Assembly (NCBI GenBank): GCA_034226945.1
Contig: CP120455.1
Span: 744,001 to 808,000 of the forward strand
Source: Picochlorum sp. SENEW3
Lineage: Eukaryota
Length of the DNA: 64,000 nt
Direction: 5' to 3'
The position numbers and the translations under genes are program-made. Shown piece after piece: positions 14,171 to 24,795 of the stretch (position 1 is its first letter; the number at the start of each line of letters is the position of its first letter). The notes below the pieces were generated by a model. That model saw only the letters and a list, made by a program, of their open reading frames with translations. It ran no database searches and was not told the origin of the DNA.

Positions 14171-14976
14171 GAGGGCGGATCAACTCGATTGTGGGTTTTC
14201 TATTTAATAGTGACTTCGAAAAAATCCTATATAGGATATAGGGTTTTTTAAAGGTGCCAAGCTGGCATCTAATCGCCTCTTAAAACCTCTGAATCAATGC
14301 GTATGCATATCCTAGTGCACAAACATAATAAACATGGTCGCTTGGCTGATCCTGTGTGGAGGAATCTTGCCTGGATCACTGTGCATGGCATGTCCTCTGT
14401 ACGAGCCTTGTACCCCAAAGCCCTGGCGAATTTTGCGAGGTTCATCATCCCCAAATACTCTCATGATACACCAAGATAGACAACATCTGCATTTGGCATT
14501 CGATTTCACGCCAGATACGAGAGAGATGTCGACACAGTGCAAAATTCAAGCATCCTCTGACCATGTCCTTTCCATTCAATGTGATTTCAGCTGTTTCCTT
14601 CGCCCTAAACCCAATTTGTTGATTCAATATCTCAAAAAGGCGTCAAATATGTTTTATGCTCGGAATGTCCTTGGAAATGGACCCACTTCGTGTTGTCCCT
14701 GTGACAGATCTGAAGCTGAGATGCAGATCCAGGCTCTGCCGTATTCTATCATTATTGAGGCTTGCTTCGGGTACCTAATGACATTTCTTAGCGTATAGGA
14801 TGTTTGAATGCATCGAAGGGGTTGGTTAAAGCCCAATTAGGGTGGATTTGGCTCAAATTACCACTTTGCAAAATCAGGTCCAATTCTGAGAAAATCCCAT
14901 GGGCGGGGCTAATAGAACTGGTGCTGTAACCCACACTAATTAATTAGAAAACCCACAATCGAGTTGATCCGTTCTG
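14171..14976. mobile_element. Putative non-autonomous DNA transposon/MITE-like element
   Basis: 27-bp perfect inverted repeats cggatcaactcgattgtgggttttcta (14176-14202) and its complement (14945-14971), extending imperfectly inward and outward. No intact transposase and no clear target-site duplication. Confidence 0.65.
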
Positions 14977-15213
14977 ATAAGATATCCATCATCTATTCAA
15001 ATTGAATTTCCATTGCGCTCTCCTTATTGAAATAATAAGGAAAACTCTGCTTTGAATTCTGAGATTGGCCTGCACATTTCTCTCATGCCATATTTAGATA
15101 TATCACGACACGGTTCTTCTTTGAGTTTTTTATGATTGATGAACAGTATTCCATTGCAATGGGTGAGTGATATCGCTCAACGGCGTTCAAGTTAACCGTG
15201 GAGACCAAATGCA

Positions 15214-16191
15214 ATGGCCTTGGTGTCGTGTCAGCTTGGAAGGGCGCAAACCCTTGCGCAACAGCACTTTTATCGGTCTCGTGTATTTTCTACAACCATA
15301 TGTAAGGCTTTTGGGGTGAATACATATCCCACATGTACCTTGGAGAGAGCCGTTGGAGAGGTGGCAGGGTCTGACGACGGGTTGTGGAAGCAGGGGGTAT
15401 TTGATGGAGCTGTATATCCTGATTTACCCATTATAGGTCCAGCAATGAATGCAGGGATTGAGTCTCAGATTCAGAAACAGATTGAGGATGAGCAGAGGGA
15501 TGGGTGGGTGGTTAGAACAGTAGCAGCGCAGTGTTTGTCAGAAAAAGATATTCATGCACGAATGGAGCGTGTTGGGAAGTTGGTTGGTCGGGCGGAAGGG
15601 AAGGGGGCAATACTATGTGTGTCTGGTGGAGATCCATGCAGAAAGATGCCCTTTTGGAAGGACGGGGCGAAGGATAGCGTCTATATGTTGCAGCATGCAA
15701 GAAAGATGAAGGCACAGGGCCGCATTTCAGCCAATGTGTCTTTGTGGGCTGTTGCAAATCCCATGTTGGATTCAGTGGATTCGTATGCAAGAAAAGTTGA
15801 TGCCGGTGCAGAGGTATTTCTGACGCAGCCACCATTCCTTCCGACATCGGAAGAATGGTTTGCATCGGTCAACCAGCTTTCAGGTGACAGCAATCAGGCC
15901 AAGATATTGGTTGGAGTACCAATCATCACATCCCAGCGTAATCTGGACTTTTGGATTCGATTATGTGGTCTCAATGCAAAGGAATCTCATATAGAAGGAT
16001 TGAAAAAATCATTTCCTGGAAAGGGCTCGGGCCCAGATGTGTTTGAGAGAGCTGTCATTGATTGGAATACAGATTTTCTCCAGAGAGTTGCCATGAGAAT
16101 GCCCGGCATCTCGGGCATTCATGCCATGCCTGTGACTGGAATGGGTAGGCGACTCGTCGTAGACGTCTTGAGAGAGGCACAAGTTACATGA
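15214..16191 (+). CDS. MTHFR-like (MetF-type FAD TIM-barrel) protein, catalytic-domain sized
   Basis: ILCVSGGDP, RKVDAGAEVFLTQP, ILVGVPI and GIHAM resemble MTHFR motifs; transit-peptide-like N-terminus. Confidence 0.7.
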   Translation: MALVSCQLGRAQTLAQQHFYRSRVFSTTICKAFGVNTYPTCTLERAVGEVAGSDDGLWKQGVFDGAVYPDLPIIGPAMNAGIESQIQKQIEDEQRDGWVVRTVAAQCLSEKDIHARMERVGKLVGRAEGKGAILCVSGGDPCRKMPFWKDGAKDSVYMLQHARKMKAQGRISANVSLWAVANPMLDSVDSYARKVDAGAEVFLTQPPFLPTSEEWFASVNQLSGDSNQAKILVGVPIITSQRNLDFWIRLCGLNAKESHIEGLKKSFPGKGSGPDVFERAVIDWNTDFLQRVAMRMPGISGIHAMPVTGMGRRLVVDVLREAQVT

Positions 16192-16198
16192 TTGAACG

Positions 16199-16762
16199 TC
16201 ACACATCAATCAGTGGTGAGCTTGACTCTGGATACACGGCAGGAAGATACCCATCAGACACAAGTTCCTCTGCTTTGGGAGCCACAAAGTCTTTTGGACC
16301 CCATGGTGCTGCTAAATCTTTTATTTTAGGTATTTCTCCTGCCTTTCGAGCATCCTCTACAGCTTGATCTGGGTCCTTATTCTCTGCGATTGCAGCTGCT
16401 TTTCGAATGGCTACGCCTGGTGGAGGTGGAGTTGGTGGGAGCAGCGACACTGACAGCCCCCAATGTGGGAAGCGTTCTAGCCACAATAGGATCGAATATT
16501 GCTTCAATCTGATCGATTTTTCATCGACAGTAGGATCCCCGTAGTATTGCCTTCCTACTTTGCGGTCATTTGGTCCAAAATTCAGGAGCAAGTCATCAGG
16601 TGAGACACTCCCCCCAACAGCCTCTGCTATTTTGGTCTTGACGTCATGAATGGTATCTTCTCCTGATTTATCAACTGTAATGGTTATTTCATCGGCCACT
16701 CCAGAGCATTTACTCCCAAAAATGAGTTTCACGCCTACTTTCAACAGGTCTGCGTTGGTCAT
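16199..16762 (-). CDS. Uncharacterized protein with N-terminal ubiquitin-like domain
   Basis: DTIHDVKTKIAE and LKQYSI are ubiquitin-like motifs, followed by a Pro-rich tail. Probable 5'-UTR intron 16786-16889. Confidence 0.6.
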   Translation of the reverse strand: MTNADLLKVGVKLIFGSKCSGVADEITITVDKSGEDTIHDVKTKIAEAVGGSVSPDDLLLNFGPNDRKVGRQYYGDPTVDEKSIRLKQYSILLWLERFPHWGLSVSLLPPTPPPPGVAIRKAAAIAENKDPDQAVEDARKAGEIPKIKDLAAPWGPKDFVAPKAEELVSDGYLPAVYPESSSPLIDV

Positions 16763-17233
16763 ATCAAAAACTGTTTCCTTCGGGCCTGGAATACAGCAAT
16801 ACAGGTCATACGAGTGTTATTATTACTATTGTTATAGAAGTGTAAAAGTATCTAAAGCATATGCGTGCTTCAGAACAGAGTTGACGAACCTCTCTGTGTG
16901 ACTCTGTTGTTCTCTCGTATCTTTCAATCACGTGTGATGGACACCAATAAACACTTTTATATTTCAAATAAAGTTTCTAAAGTACATGACATTTTATACA
17001 GGCGAAATGGAAGGGAACGCCAATGGACAATCATTTCTCACGAAGGCGTTGACCAGGTTGACCATGATGGTGGCCAATATTGGCTTGAGAGCAAACGCCA
17101 TCTCGATAGGTTTAATTCTTCTTGCCTGTTGATGATAGAGTACAAACGTATGCGATACTTGATTGAGCTTTTGAAGTGTAAAAGCGTCTATTGGGGGCAT
17201 TATAAGACATAATAATAATGTATTTGTCATGCA

Positions 17234-19402
17234 TTAGGGCTCAAAGTCTACCAGTCTCTGATCTGCCCCTATTGTATCACCAGCTTGAACATGGACATGA
17301 GCTACTATACCATCGTGAGATGCCCTAAGTTGATTCTGCATCTTCATAGCCTCGATAACAACAAGCTGATCACCTTCTTTCACCATGTCTCCTTCTTTGA
17401 CAGAGACAGCAACAACAATGCCAGGCATTGGAGATGTGACTGCACCTTGAGTGGCATCATCAAACTGTGATCCTTTCGGCATGATGGAGATGAGATGAGA
17501 GATGTCCTGTGGATCTATCTCGAAAATTCTCTGGGATCCGCCCAGTTGAAGGTGTGTTGTTCGTGGAGAAGATGCAATGTTTTGAAATGTGATGGACTCT
17601 CCATTAATAGAGATGTTGCCCAAGTGAGCTTGCCCTAGACAAGCAGCAATATATTCCTCTTTTGACGGTGCTTCGATGATGCTGACACCTCTAGCTGATT
17701 CAATCTCTAGTGCTGGCAGTATTCTATCAATGGATGCTTTGGAATATAGCATCGCGTCTGGAGCATGGCGGATCGTAGCAGATAGACCCATTCCAGAATT
17801 TGAGGAGAGATGGAGAGACCACTGGCAGGCTTTTTGTTTTTCAGCTTGTGTATAGAGCAGTGTTTTCCAGCAATATTGAGCTAGAGCTATCTCTGCGAGT
17901 TTGGTTTCATCTTTTTCTGACAGCTGAAACATGGTGGGATCTAATTGCTCTGGCTTGGGGAAATGGTGCCCCAGAAAGGCTGTGCTTGTGTCTCCATTGA
18001 CAACCTCGTCCATGCTCAACACGTGCTGCAACAGTGGTATATTATTTTTCACCCCTCGAATGATGTATTCATCTAAAGCTTTTTGAGCTCTTTGCAATGC
18101 AGTGTGCCTATCTGGACCCGATGTGATGACCTTGCTGATCATCGCATCATAGTACATGTTGATCTCACTGCCTTCTCTCACCCCGCTATCGACTCTAACA
18201 GAGCCACTTGTTGGCTCTTTATAGGACTTTAGATGCCCAGTTGAGGGAACATATCCCCTACTGGGATCCTCTGCGTACACTCGACACTCAAATGCCCATC
18301 CCTTGGGCTTGCAAATGTCATTTTGATCCAGATTCATTTCAATCCCTGCTGAAATTTTTATCATTTGCTCTACCAAATCCAATCCTGTGACAGCCTCTGT
18401 AATGGCATGCTCCACCTGAAGCCTTGTGTTCATTTCTAAAAAGTAAAAGTTGAGGTCCTGGTCCACAAGAAACTCACAGGTTCCTGCAGAGTAGTACCCT
18501 ACAGACTTTGCCAGATTTACTGCTTGCTCTCCCATCCTTCGCCTGAGGTCTGGAGTCCCGATCGGAGAGGGCGCCTCTTCAATCACTTTTTGATTTCTTC
18601 TCTGGATCGAGCATTCCCTTTCAGGAAGATATACCATATTTCCGTGCATATCTCCCAGTATTTGAATCTCTACATGCCGAGGCTTCTCAATATACTTCTC
18701 AATCAGCATCCTGGAATCTCCAAAGGAAGACGCGGCCTCGTCGGTGGCAACATCATACATTCTTTTCAAATCTTCTTCATCTTGGGCTATTCGCATCCCT
18801 TTTCCACCCCCACCTCCGGATGCTTTAATCATCACCGGATATCCAATATCACTAGCAATCCTCGCTGCATGGTTTGCATCATCTACGATACCAATCCATC
18901 CCGGAATCGTGTGCACACCAGCATCCCTTGCAATCTTTTTGCTCTCTACTTTGTCTCCCATACAAGCGACTGCATGAGAAGGAGGACCAATGAAAACATA
19001 CCCTTCGCGTTCCACTCTGGAAACAAAATGCTCATTCTCTGATAGAAACCCATATCCTGGAGCTACAGCACGAGCACCACTCGTTTTCATAGCTTTCAAT
19101 ACAGCATCAATATTTAAATAGCTTTTTATAGATTCCGAAGGCCCCAAGTATACCTTCTCATCAGCCATGTCCACATGAACAGAGCCCCTGTCTGCATCTG
19201 AGAACACTGCAACAGTCCCAATACCCATTTTCCTCGCAGTTTTCATGATCCTAACTGCAATTTCCCCCCTGTTCGCAACTAGAATCTTATCAAAGAGGGG
19301 TGCTCCCCCCTCGTTCCAAAGAGAGGGAGAGGAAGAAGAAAGGCCCCTCCTCTGCTGTGCTGAAACTTGATGGACTACAAACCCAAGTATTTTACGCAGC
19401 AT
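17234..19402 (-). CDS. PCCA: Propionyl-CoA carboxylase alpha subunit (biotin carboxylase + BCCP), mitochondrial
   Basis: ANRGEIA, GGGGKGMR, ERECSIQRRNQKVIEEAPS, GWAFECRVYAEDP and EAMKM (biotin lysine). RRNQK/GWA residues favour PCCA over MCCA. Confidence 0.8.
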   Translation of the reverse strand: MLRKILGFVVHQVSAQQRRGLSSSSPSLWNEGGAPLFDKILVANRGEIAVRIMKTARKMGIGTVAVFSDADRGSVHVDMADEKVYLGPSESIKSYLNIDAVLKAMKTSGARAVAPGYGFLSENEHFVSRVEREGYVFIGPPSHAVACMGDKVESKKIARDAGVHTIPGWIGIVDDANHAARIASDIGYPVMIKASGGGGGKGMRIAQDEEDLKRMYDVATDEAASSFGDSRMLIEKYIEKPRHVEIQILGDMHGNMVYLPERECSIQRRNQKVIEEAPSPIGTPDLRRRMGEQAVNLAKSVGYYSAGTCEFLVDQDLNFYFLEMNTRLQVEHAITEAVTGLDLVEQMIKISAGIEMNLDQNDICKPKGWAFECRVYAEDPSRGYVPSTGHLKSYKEPTSGSVRVDSGVREGSEINMYYDAMISKVITSGPDRHTALQRAQKALDEYIIRGVKNNIPLLQHVLSMDEVVNGDTSTAFLGHHFPKPEQLDPTMFQLSEKDETKLAEIALAQYCWKTLLYTQAEKQKACQWSLHLSSNSGMGLSATIRHAPDAMLYSKASIDRILPALEIESARGVSIIEAPSKEEYIAACLGQAHLGNISINGESITFQNIASSPRTTHLQLGGSQRIFEIDPQDISHLISIMPKGSQFDDATQGAVTSPMPGIVVAVSVKEGDMVKEGDQLVVIEAMKMQNQLRASHDGIVAHVHVQAGDTIGADQRLVDFEP

Positions 19403-20256
19403 ATCAGATGTGGATGATCTAAATTGATTTCATCAAGGAAATTGAAGGAATTTGATATGACATTGCCCTGTGAAGACGTATGAATCCAAATGTTTCAATA
19501 CAAACAAGTCTACCCGAAGACCTACGGTCGTATCGTCATTTGAAGGGAATTGTTCCGACAATCAGAAAATCGAATCCGTATCCTGAGTTGAGTCAGTCCA
19601 TGCTGTACACTGTTTCCCCCGAAACCACCAATTTCTGATTCTACAACAAGCAAGATTTGCCCTTTCTAAAATGGCAATCTACCACACATCGATGGAAGAT
19701 TCAGAAACCATTGGTATGGACTCTCACCAGAAATAACATTCTCAGCAACAGCCGCTAAAACAGACAGTACGTTCAGTTCAACAGTATTTTATAGTCAGTA
19801 GAAGTCCAACATCAGATTTTGCCTGAAGTATGATGGCCTCCCTGCTCCTGTTCGGTTTAGTGGTACCAAGAGTAAAATATTCACAACCTGGAGCAGTCGT
19901 CATATGAATGGCCAATAAAATCTGTTTTCTAACACCCAGCAACCTTATCGTTGAACAGCACTATAGAGAAGTATGTCCAATGGACAGCATTTGGGTCAGG
20001 AGGTTTTTTTTCATCCCTACGTAAATCTCTAAACATTTTATTTAGGGATTTCCTCCTGGGGGCCTGATTGTCTTGGATGATATTCGTCATATTTTTCGCC
20101 TGTGTAATATATCCCAAAAAAAAAAAAAATTCTAATATCAGTTTATCGAATTTCGAAATACGTGAGAACATCCCAGAAGAGGATGTGGTGGCCTTGAACA
20201 GCAAGACGTTTGCTCCAAAGATACGCAGTAAAAAATCTGCCTTTGCATTATCCGAC

Positions 20257-21084
20257 ATGAATTTAGGCATAAATTTACGCCATAAGTGTATTTGTGATAG
20301 TATTCATGCCTCTCAATGGATAGCACGCCCTTCAACTAGTTACAGAGGGCTTGGCTGTGGTGGGCAAGGAAGGAGAACGCTGCTCTGTCGCTCTGGCGTA
20401 TCCTACCCCAAGGATGAAGATAGGACGCCGCAGAGTTCGCGCAGTGTAGAAAATGAAAAGAAGATTCCGGTCAAGTTTCGGCTGGTGCGTGAGGGGAAGC
20501 ACCATGCGACTGATGAGCTTCTGTTCTCCAAGATTGGAAAGAGCTCACATGTTGGTCAGGATGATATTGCCGTTGCCGAGGATGCGGAAGGCAGTCAGAG
20601 CCTGCCCATATTACCTAAGATCCAGTCCTTGAAGTTATCCAAGAAAAAGAATGCCGAAGAGGACTTGAGGACGGAGGTGACTCAGCAGCACTTTGGCGGG
20701 GCTCTTACTACCCTGGTGTTTGGTGCTGCACTGCTCTCTGAGAGATTGAATGGCGTGGGAATTGTTCAAAATTTGGAATTGCACAATAAAGGATTTCATC
20801 CCGTCCTATTATTTGCAATTCTCTTCCTCATAGTCGCTTCTGCATGGCCAGAGAAACGAGAGTCAAGGCAACCAACACTACTTGTTCGGATTCAAATGGC
20901 AGGAGCAAGGTTTGCCTATCTTGGTTTGGCATCTGCGATTGCTGCGGAAATGTTTACTGGCAAAGGCGTTTTATCCCTGCTGGATGTAGAGACGGGAATT
21001 GAAGCTTTCTCAGATGTCGAGGCTGTGCTTGTGTTCTTAACAATGTTGGTTTTGACTGGACCTCAGAGTCGACAGATTCGGTGA
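20257..21084 (+). CDS. Divergent PsbS-like four-helix LHC-superfamily protein (start uncertain)
   Basis: ARFAYLGLASAIAAEMFTGKGVLSLLDVETGI matches PsbS helix 3 and its lumenal loop; a degenerate first repeat reads GALTTLVFGAALLSERLNGVGIVQNL. Confidence 0.72.
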   Translation: MNLGINLRHKCICDSIHASQWIARPSTSYRGLGCGGQGRRTLLCRSGVSYPKDEDRTPQSSRSVENEKKIPVKFRLVREGKHHATDELLFSKIGKSSHVGQDDIAVAEDAEGSQSLPILPKIQSLKLSKKKNAEEDLRTEVTQQHFGGALTTLVFGAALLSERLNGVGIVQNLELHNKGFHPVLLFAILFLIVASAWPEKRESRQPTLLVRIQMAGARFAYLGLASAIAAEMFTGKGVLSLLDVETGIEAFSDVEAVLVFLTMLVLTGPQSRQIR

Positions 21085-21140
21085 TGTTTATTGCTCTTGT
21101 TCTTTTCATGAATTTTTTAAGTGGTTTAATGAATGAAATT

Positions 21141-24100
21141 TTACCAATCAGTAAACCTATCGAGAGATTTTTGTGCATCTCCGAGTTCTTTTTGAACTTT
21201 CATTCTTCTATAGAAAATTGGACAGTCCCTTGCTGCACAGAGCACATCCTGATGCAATGAACCTTGGCAACGCTGACATTGAGTCCATAGTGCTGAGAAC
21301 TGTGCTTCAAGTTCATTTGTGGTTGCCAATGTTTTCCCATAGATTTCTGCTTCCCTGGGCTTGCAATGCTTGCAGACTGTGGTTTCTCCAGGAGACAATT
21401 GTGCTCGGCAACCAAGGCAGGATAATCTCTTCTTTGCAAATTTCATAATGCCTCCGGATGCTACTGTTGGTGTTGTGACTGTAATACTGCGGGTATGGGC
21501 TCCAGTCAGAAGCTCCTTTGGGTTCTTTAAAATTGGCTCAAAGAGGCGCATGAGGGGAAGCGACAGATGATGATCCAAGTAATGTTTGGAATCAATGGGA
21601 AGATTGTTTCTCAGAGCATACAGCGGATCTTCTGCTTTTTCGTATGCTTTCGCACCTTTGGCTGCTTTGATAATAACATAAGGCACTCGGTCCCCCACTG
21701 TTGGTGCTGTAGCTGGGTCTCGTTTTTTCATCTTCTTTGCAAGTTCAACATGGGCAGCCTTGGTTTCATAGCTTTCTGCATCTTGTGTGAGTCCTTTGGA
21801 AATAACAAGTAATGATAGATCCAGCTTGTTTTGAAGCAGTTCTGCAATCATTCCTTTCACATACTCCACAGCTCCTTGTGGATCCCTGTCGATCAAAATT
21901 TTATTCAAGCAGGTTGTGATGACGTTACGCACCAACAAGCAATTATCCCTTCTCACTGTTTCAATGCCTTTGGTATCGATTTTGTCCCACTTGTCCGGCT
22001 TAGTCCAAAGAAGGCCTGCATATCTCTTCTTACTGATCAGCAGATATGGATTATAAACTTTCTCGAATTCCAACTTGATTGGCTTGATGAATGTATCAGA
22101 TACATAATCTGCAGCCTCTTCTCCCAGTTTCATTGCAGTTTCTGTGTCAGAGACGCCAAATAAGACCATGACAGAATCAGTATCACCGTATATGACATCA
22201 GCATCTACAGGATAACCATTTGCTCTCGTGTACTTTTTAAGCACCATGTCTCTAGTATGATCGATCATCTGACGCCCAAAAGCCGTGACAGAACTTGAGA
22301 TCTCTAAACAAGGCAATGCACCAACTGTTGCGCCAGTAAACCCATACACTGAGTTGGCAGAAATTTTGAGTGCAAGTTGACGTCCATTAAACACAGCCTT
22401 TCTGAAAGGGTCGTCAGCTTCTGCCATATCTTTCTTCGCCCTCTTTCTTGCAGACAATAGCTCCATTAAAATCTCAGGAAGGAGACCTCTTTGAACATCC
22501 CCCTTCACAAACACATCCCCATTTGGTGTCTTGATAGCCTGTCCATCAGGACCCTGCTTGAATTGTGAAGCCAAGTGGCTTGGTACGAGAGTCGTGTAAC
22601 ATAAATTGTGCGCCATCATAATCGATGGGTATAGAGACGCAAAATCCAGTGTTGCCACAGGTTTGTCATAATACCCTGCCTTTGGCTCCAAGACTGTTGC
22701 TCCTTCATATGCCACCCCATCTCCTGTGTCTCCCCCTCGCCGGATATTCGGCACAATCAAATCTCTCTCACGCGCTTTGCGTAAAATTTGGGAGAATACT
22801 TTGATCGATTGACCTCGTGTCAACAAATATGACATTGGAACCCCAGTGACACGAGCCATCTCAATGTAGTTGTACATATACATCAACTTCTCAACCAATC
22901 GCTGGGGAAGATATGCATCCTTGAGGCAATAGACAGCAAGACGTCTTCTAGATTCAGAATTACCATCCTGCAATTTCGAAATATCAGAGTGATGCACGTC
23001 TTCCTTCTGCTCCCCCAAGAAATGAGCTGATACTGAATTCAACGAGTAGGAAGAGAGTTTGTGATCTCTTTGGATTGCCTGCAGCAAATCGAATTGAACC
23101 CGTCCATCAATAGCAATTTCTTTGTACTCGTGTGTTCCGTAGGCCTTGGAAGAGAACCTGGCATCTTTCATTCTGACTTTTCTTCCCCTCATTCGACCCC
23201 AGGCATGAAAAGATGACAAACCTAAAGTCGTCGCCCTATCCAGCAGGTATGGAAGATCAAAATTGACTATATTGTATCCAATGATGATGTCTGGATCTGT
23301 CTCAACGAGTAAATCTCTCCATCGAGACAACAAATCCTTTTCATTCTCAAAGCTCATGACTTCTGCACCGGGAATAGGAGAGCAGGATCTAAGCGTCATA
23401 ATATTTCGAACAGCTGGACTTGATTCGCCAAAGTTGGTCACTAGGGATGCAATTTGAATGACAGGGTCATGCTGTGCTTCTGGGAAATGTCCCTGCAACA
23501 AAAAGCACAGCAATAGTTATGTGGGTGATACTTCATTACGGACAACAGGGCCTCATACCTTTCTTCCCTGACACTCAATATCCACAGAAAGAATTCTGAA
23601 TGGAGCTAATTGCGACCATTCCCCTTCACAAGGATGACTCTTCACATCACTATAATTCACATGCACTTCAATTTGACAATGACTCTGTTGAGACTTGTCA
23701 TGAATGAGAGAATATGTTCCTGCTGGAATCTCGACCCAGCAGCCCCCAACAATAGATGCATCAATCATATATCGTAACGCGTACGGAATATTTGATTCAT
23801 ATGTTGGTCCATGAAGAGAGCATCCCAACCAGGGCAAGGAAAGCCCCTGCTCAATTACTGATTTGCTACTTGCAACGAGATTTGGCAAAGCTACTGAAAT
23901 CTTCAGAAAAGGCCTGGATTTTTGAGGCTGATAATATAATATTGTCTGCTTCTGGACAATTTCAACCTTCAATACACTCTTACTGTTTCTACTTTTATCC
24001 CTCCCAGCTAAAGCAACATTTAATGTCTCAGCCAAATTGTTGCAATCATCAGGGCTGAATGTAGGAGTTGGCGCTTCAACATAAAAGTAAGGAACAAATC

Positions 24101-24485
24101 CATGCACGAAAACGCACACACTGTTGCCATCCATGTTCACACCAAACATCCTCACAATAGGAACCTCTTCCAAATCCTGTTGACTCCCATAATGAGCTGC
24201 GTGCGGAGGGCCAGATGTATAATCCAGCTCCAGCTGTTGAAATACAACTTTATCGTGCTCAGCATCGACGGCTTTCGGAGGAGGACGCATCCAATTTCTC
24301 CCAGCTTCCCCCAGCTCGTCCTCGACCAACTCCACCGGTTCCATCACAGCATCCTCCTCTTCCTCCTCCAAGGCAAACGCCTCCTCAATCAATTCATCTT
24401 GAATATTTTGGCTCCGTTTCGATGGACCAACACCGACATCTTCAGCCTCGCGTTTCACACCAGCAGCGTTGGCAGTTGTCATCAT
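21141..24485 (-). CDS. POLD1: DNA polymerase delta catalytic subunit, 2 exons
   Basis: SVDIEC (ExoI), DFASLYPS, KISANSVYGFTG, YGDTDS and C-terminal CysA/CysB. Intron 23493-23558. Confidence 0.97.
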
Positions 24486-24795
24486 TCAAATCAACCTTTT
24501 TAGAGAGAGATATTAGCATCCAAACATCACATACATCTTGATGGGTACTAAATGCGGAAGAATCTATACACTGAACCTGGACTTTGGTGAACTCTTGCAC
24601 AAATGTTGTAACGGCATTGAATTTGAATTCTGAACAAGATTGACATATGCACCCTATCAACACATTATGTTGACCGATGCACAAATCCGACATGGATTGG
24701 TTTTCGTTTCCCCTCGCTTCCCTGGACGAAATGAACAAGTGATCTCGGCACGGTTGTTTCATCCGAAAAACAATTCCATTGAATACCATGACGTA

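Noticed and set aside
14603..14612. CCCTAAACCC as a telomerase RNA template or interstitial telomere
   Set aside because: A single 10-mer with no recognisable Pol III promoter or array; compatible with chance or a telo-box.
19938..19970. Resemblance to the 5' end of plant U3 snoRNA
   Set aside because: Only scattered matches; no downstream boxes C', B, C or D in the right arrangement.
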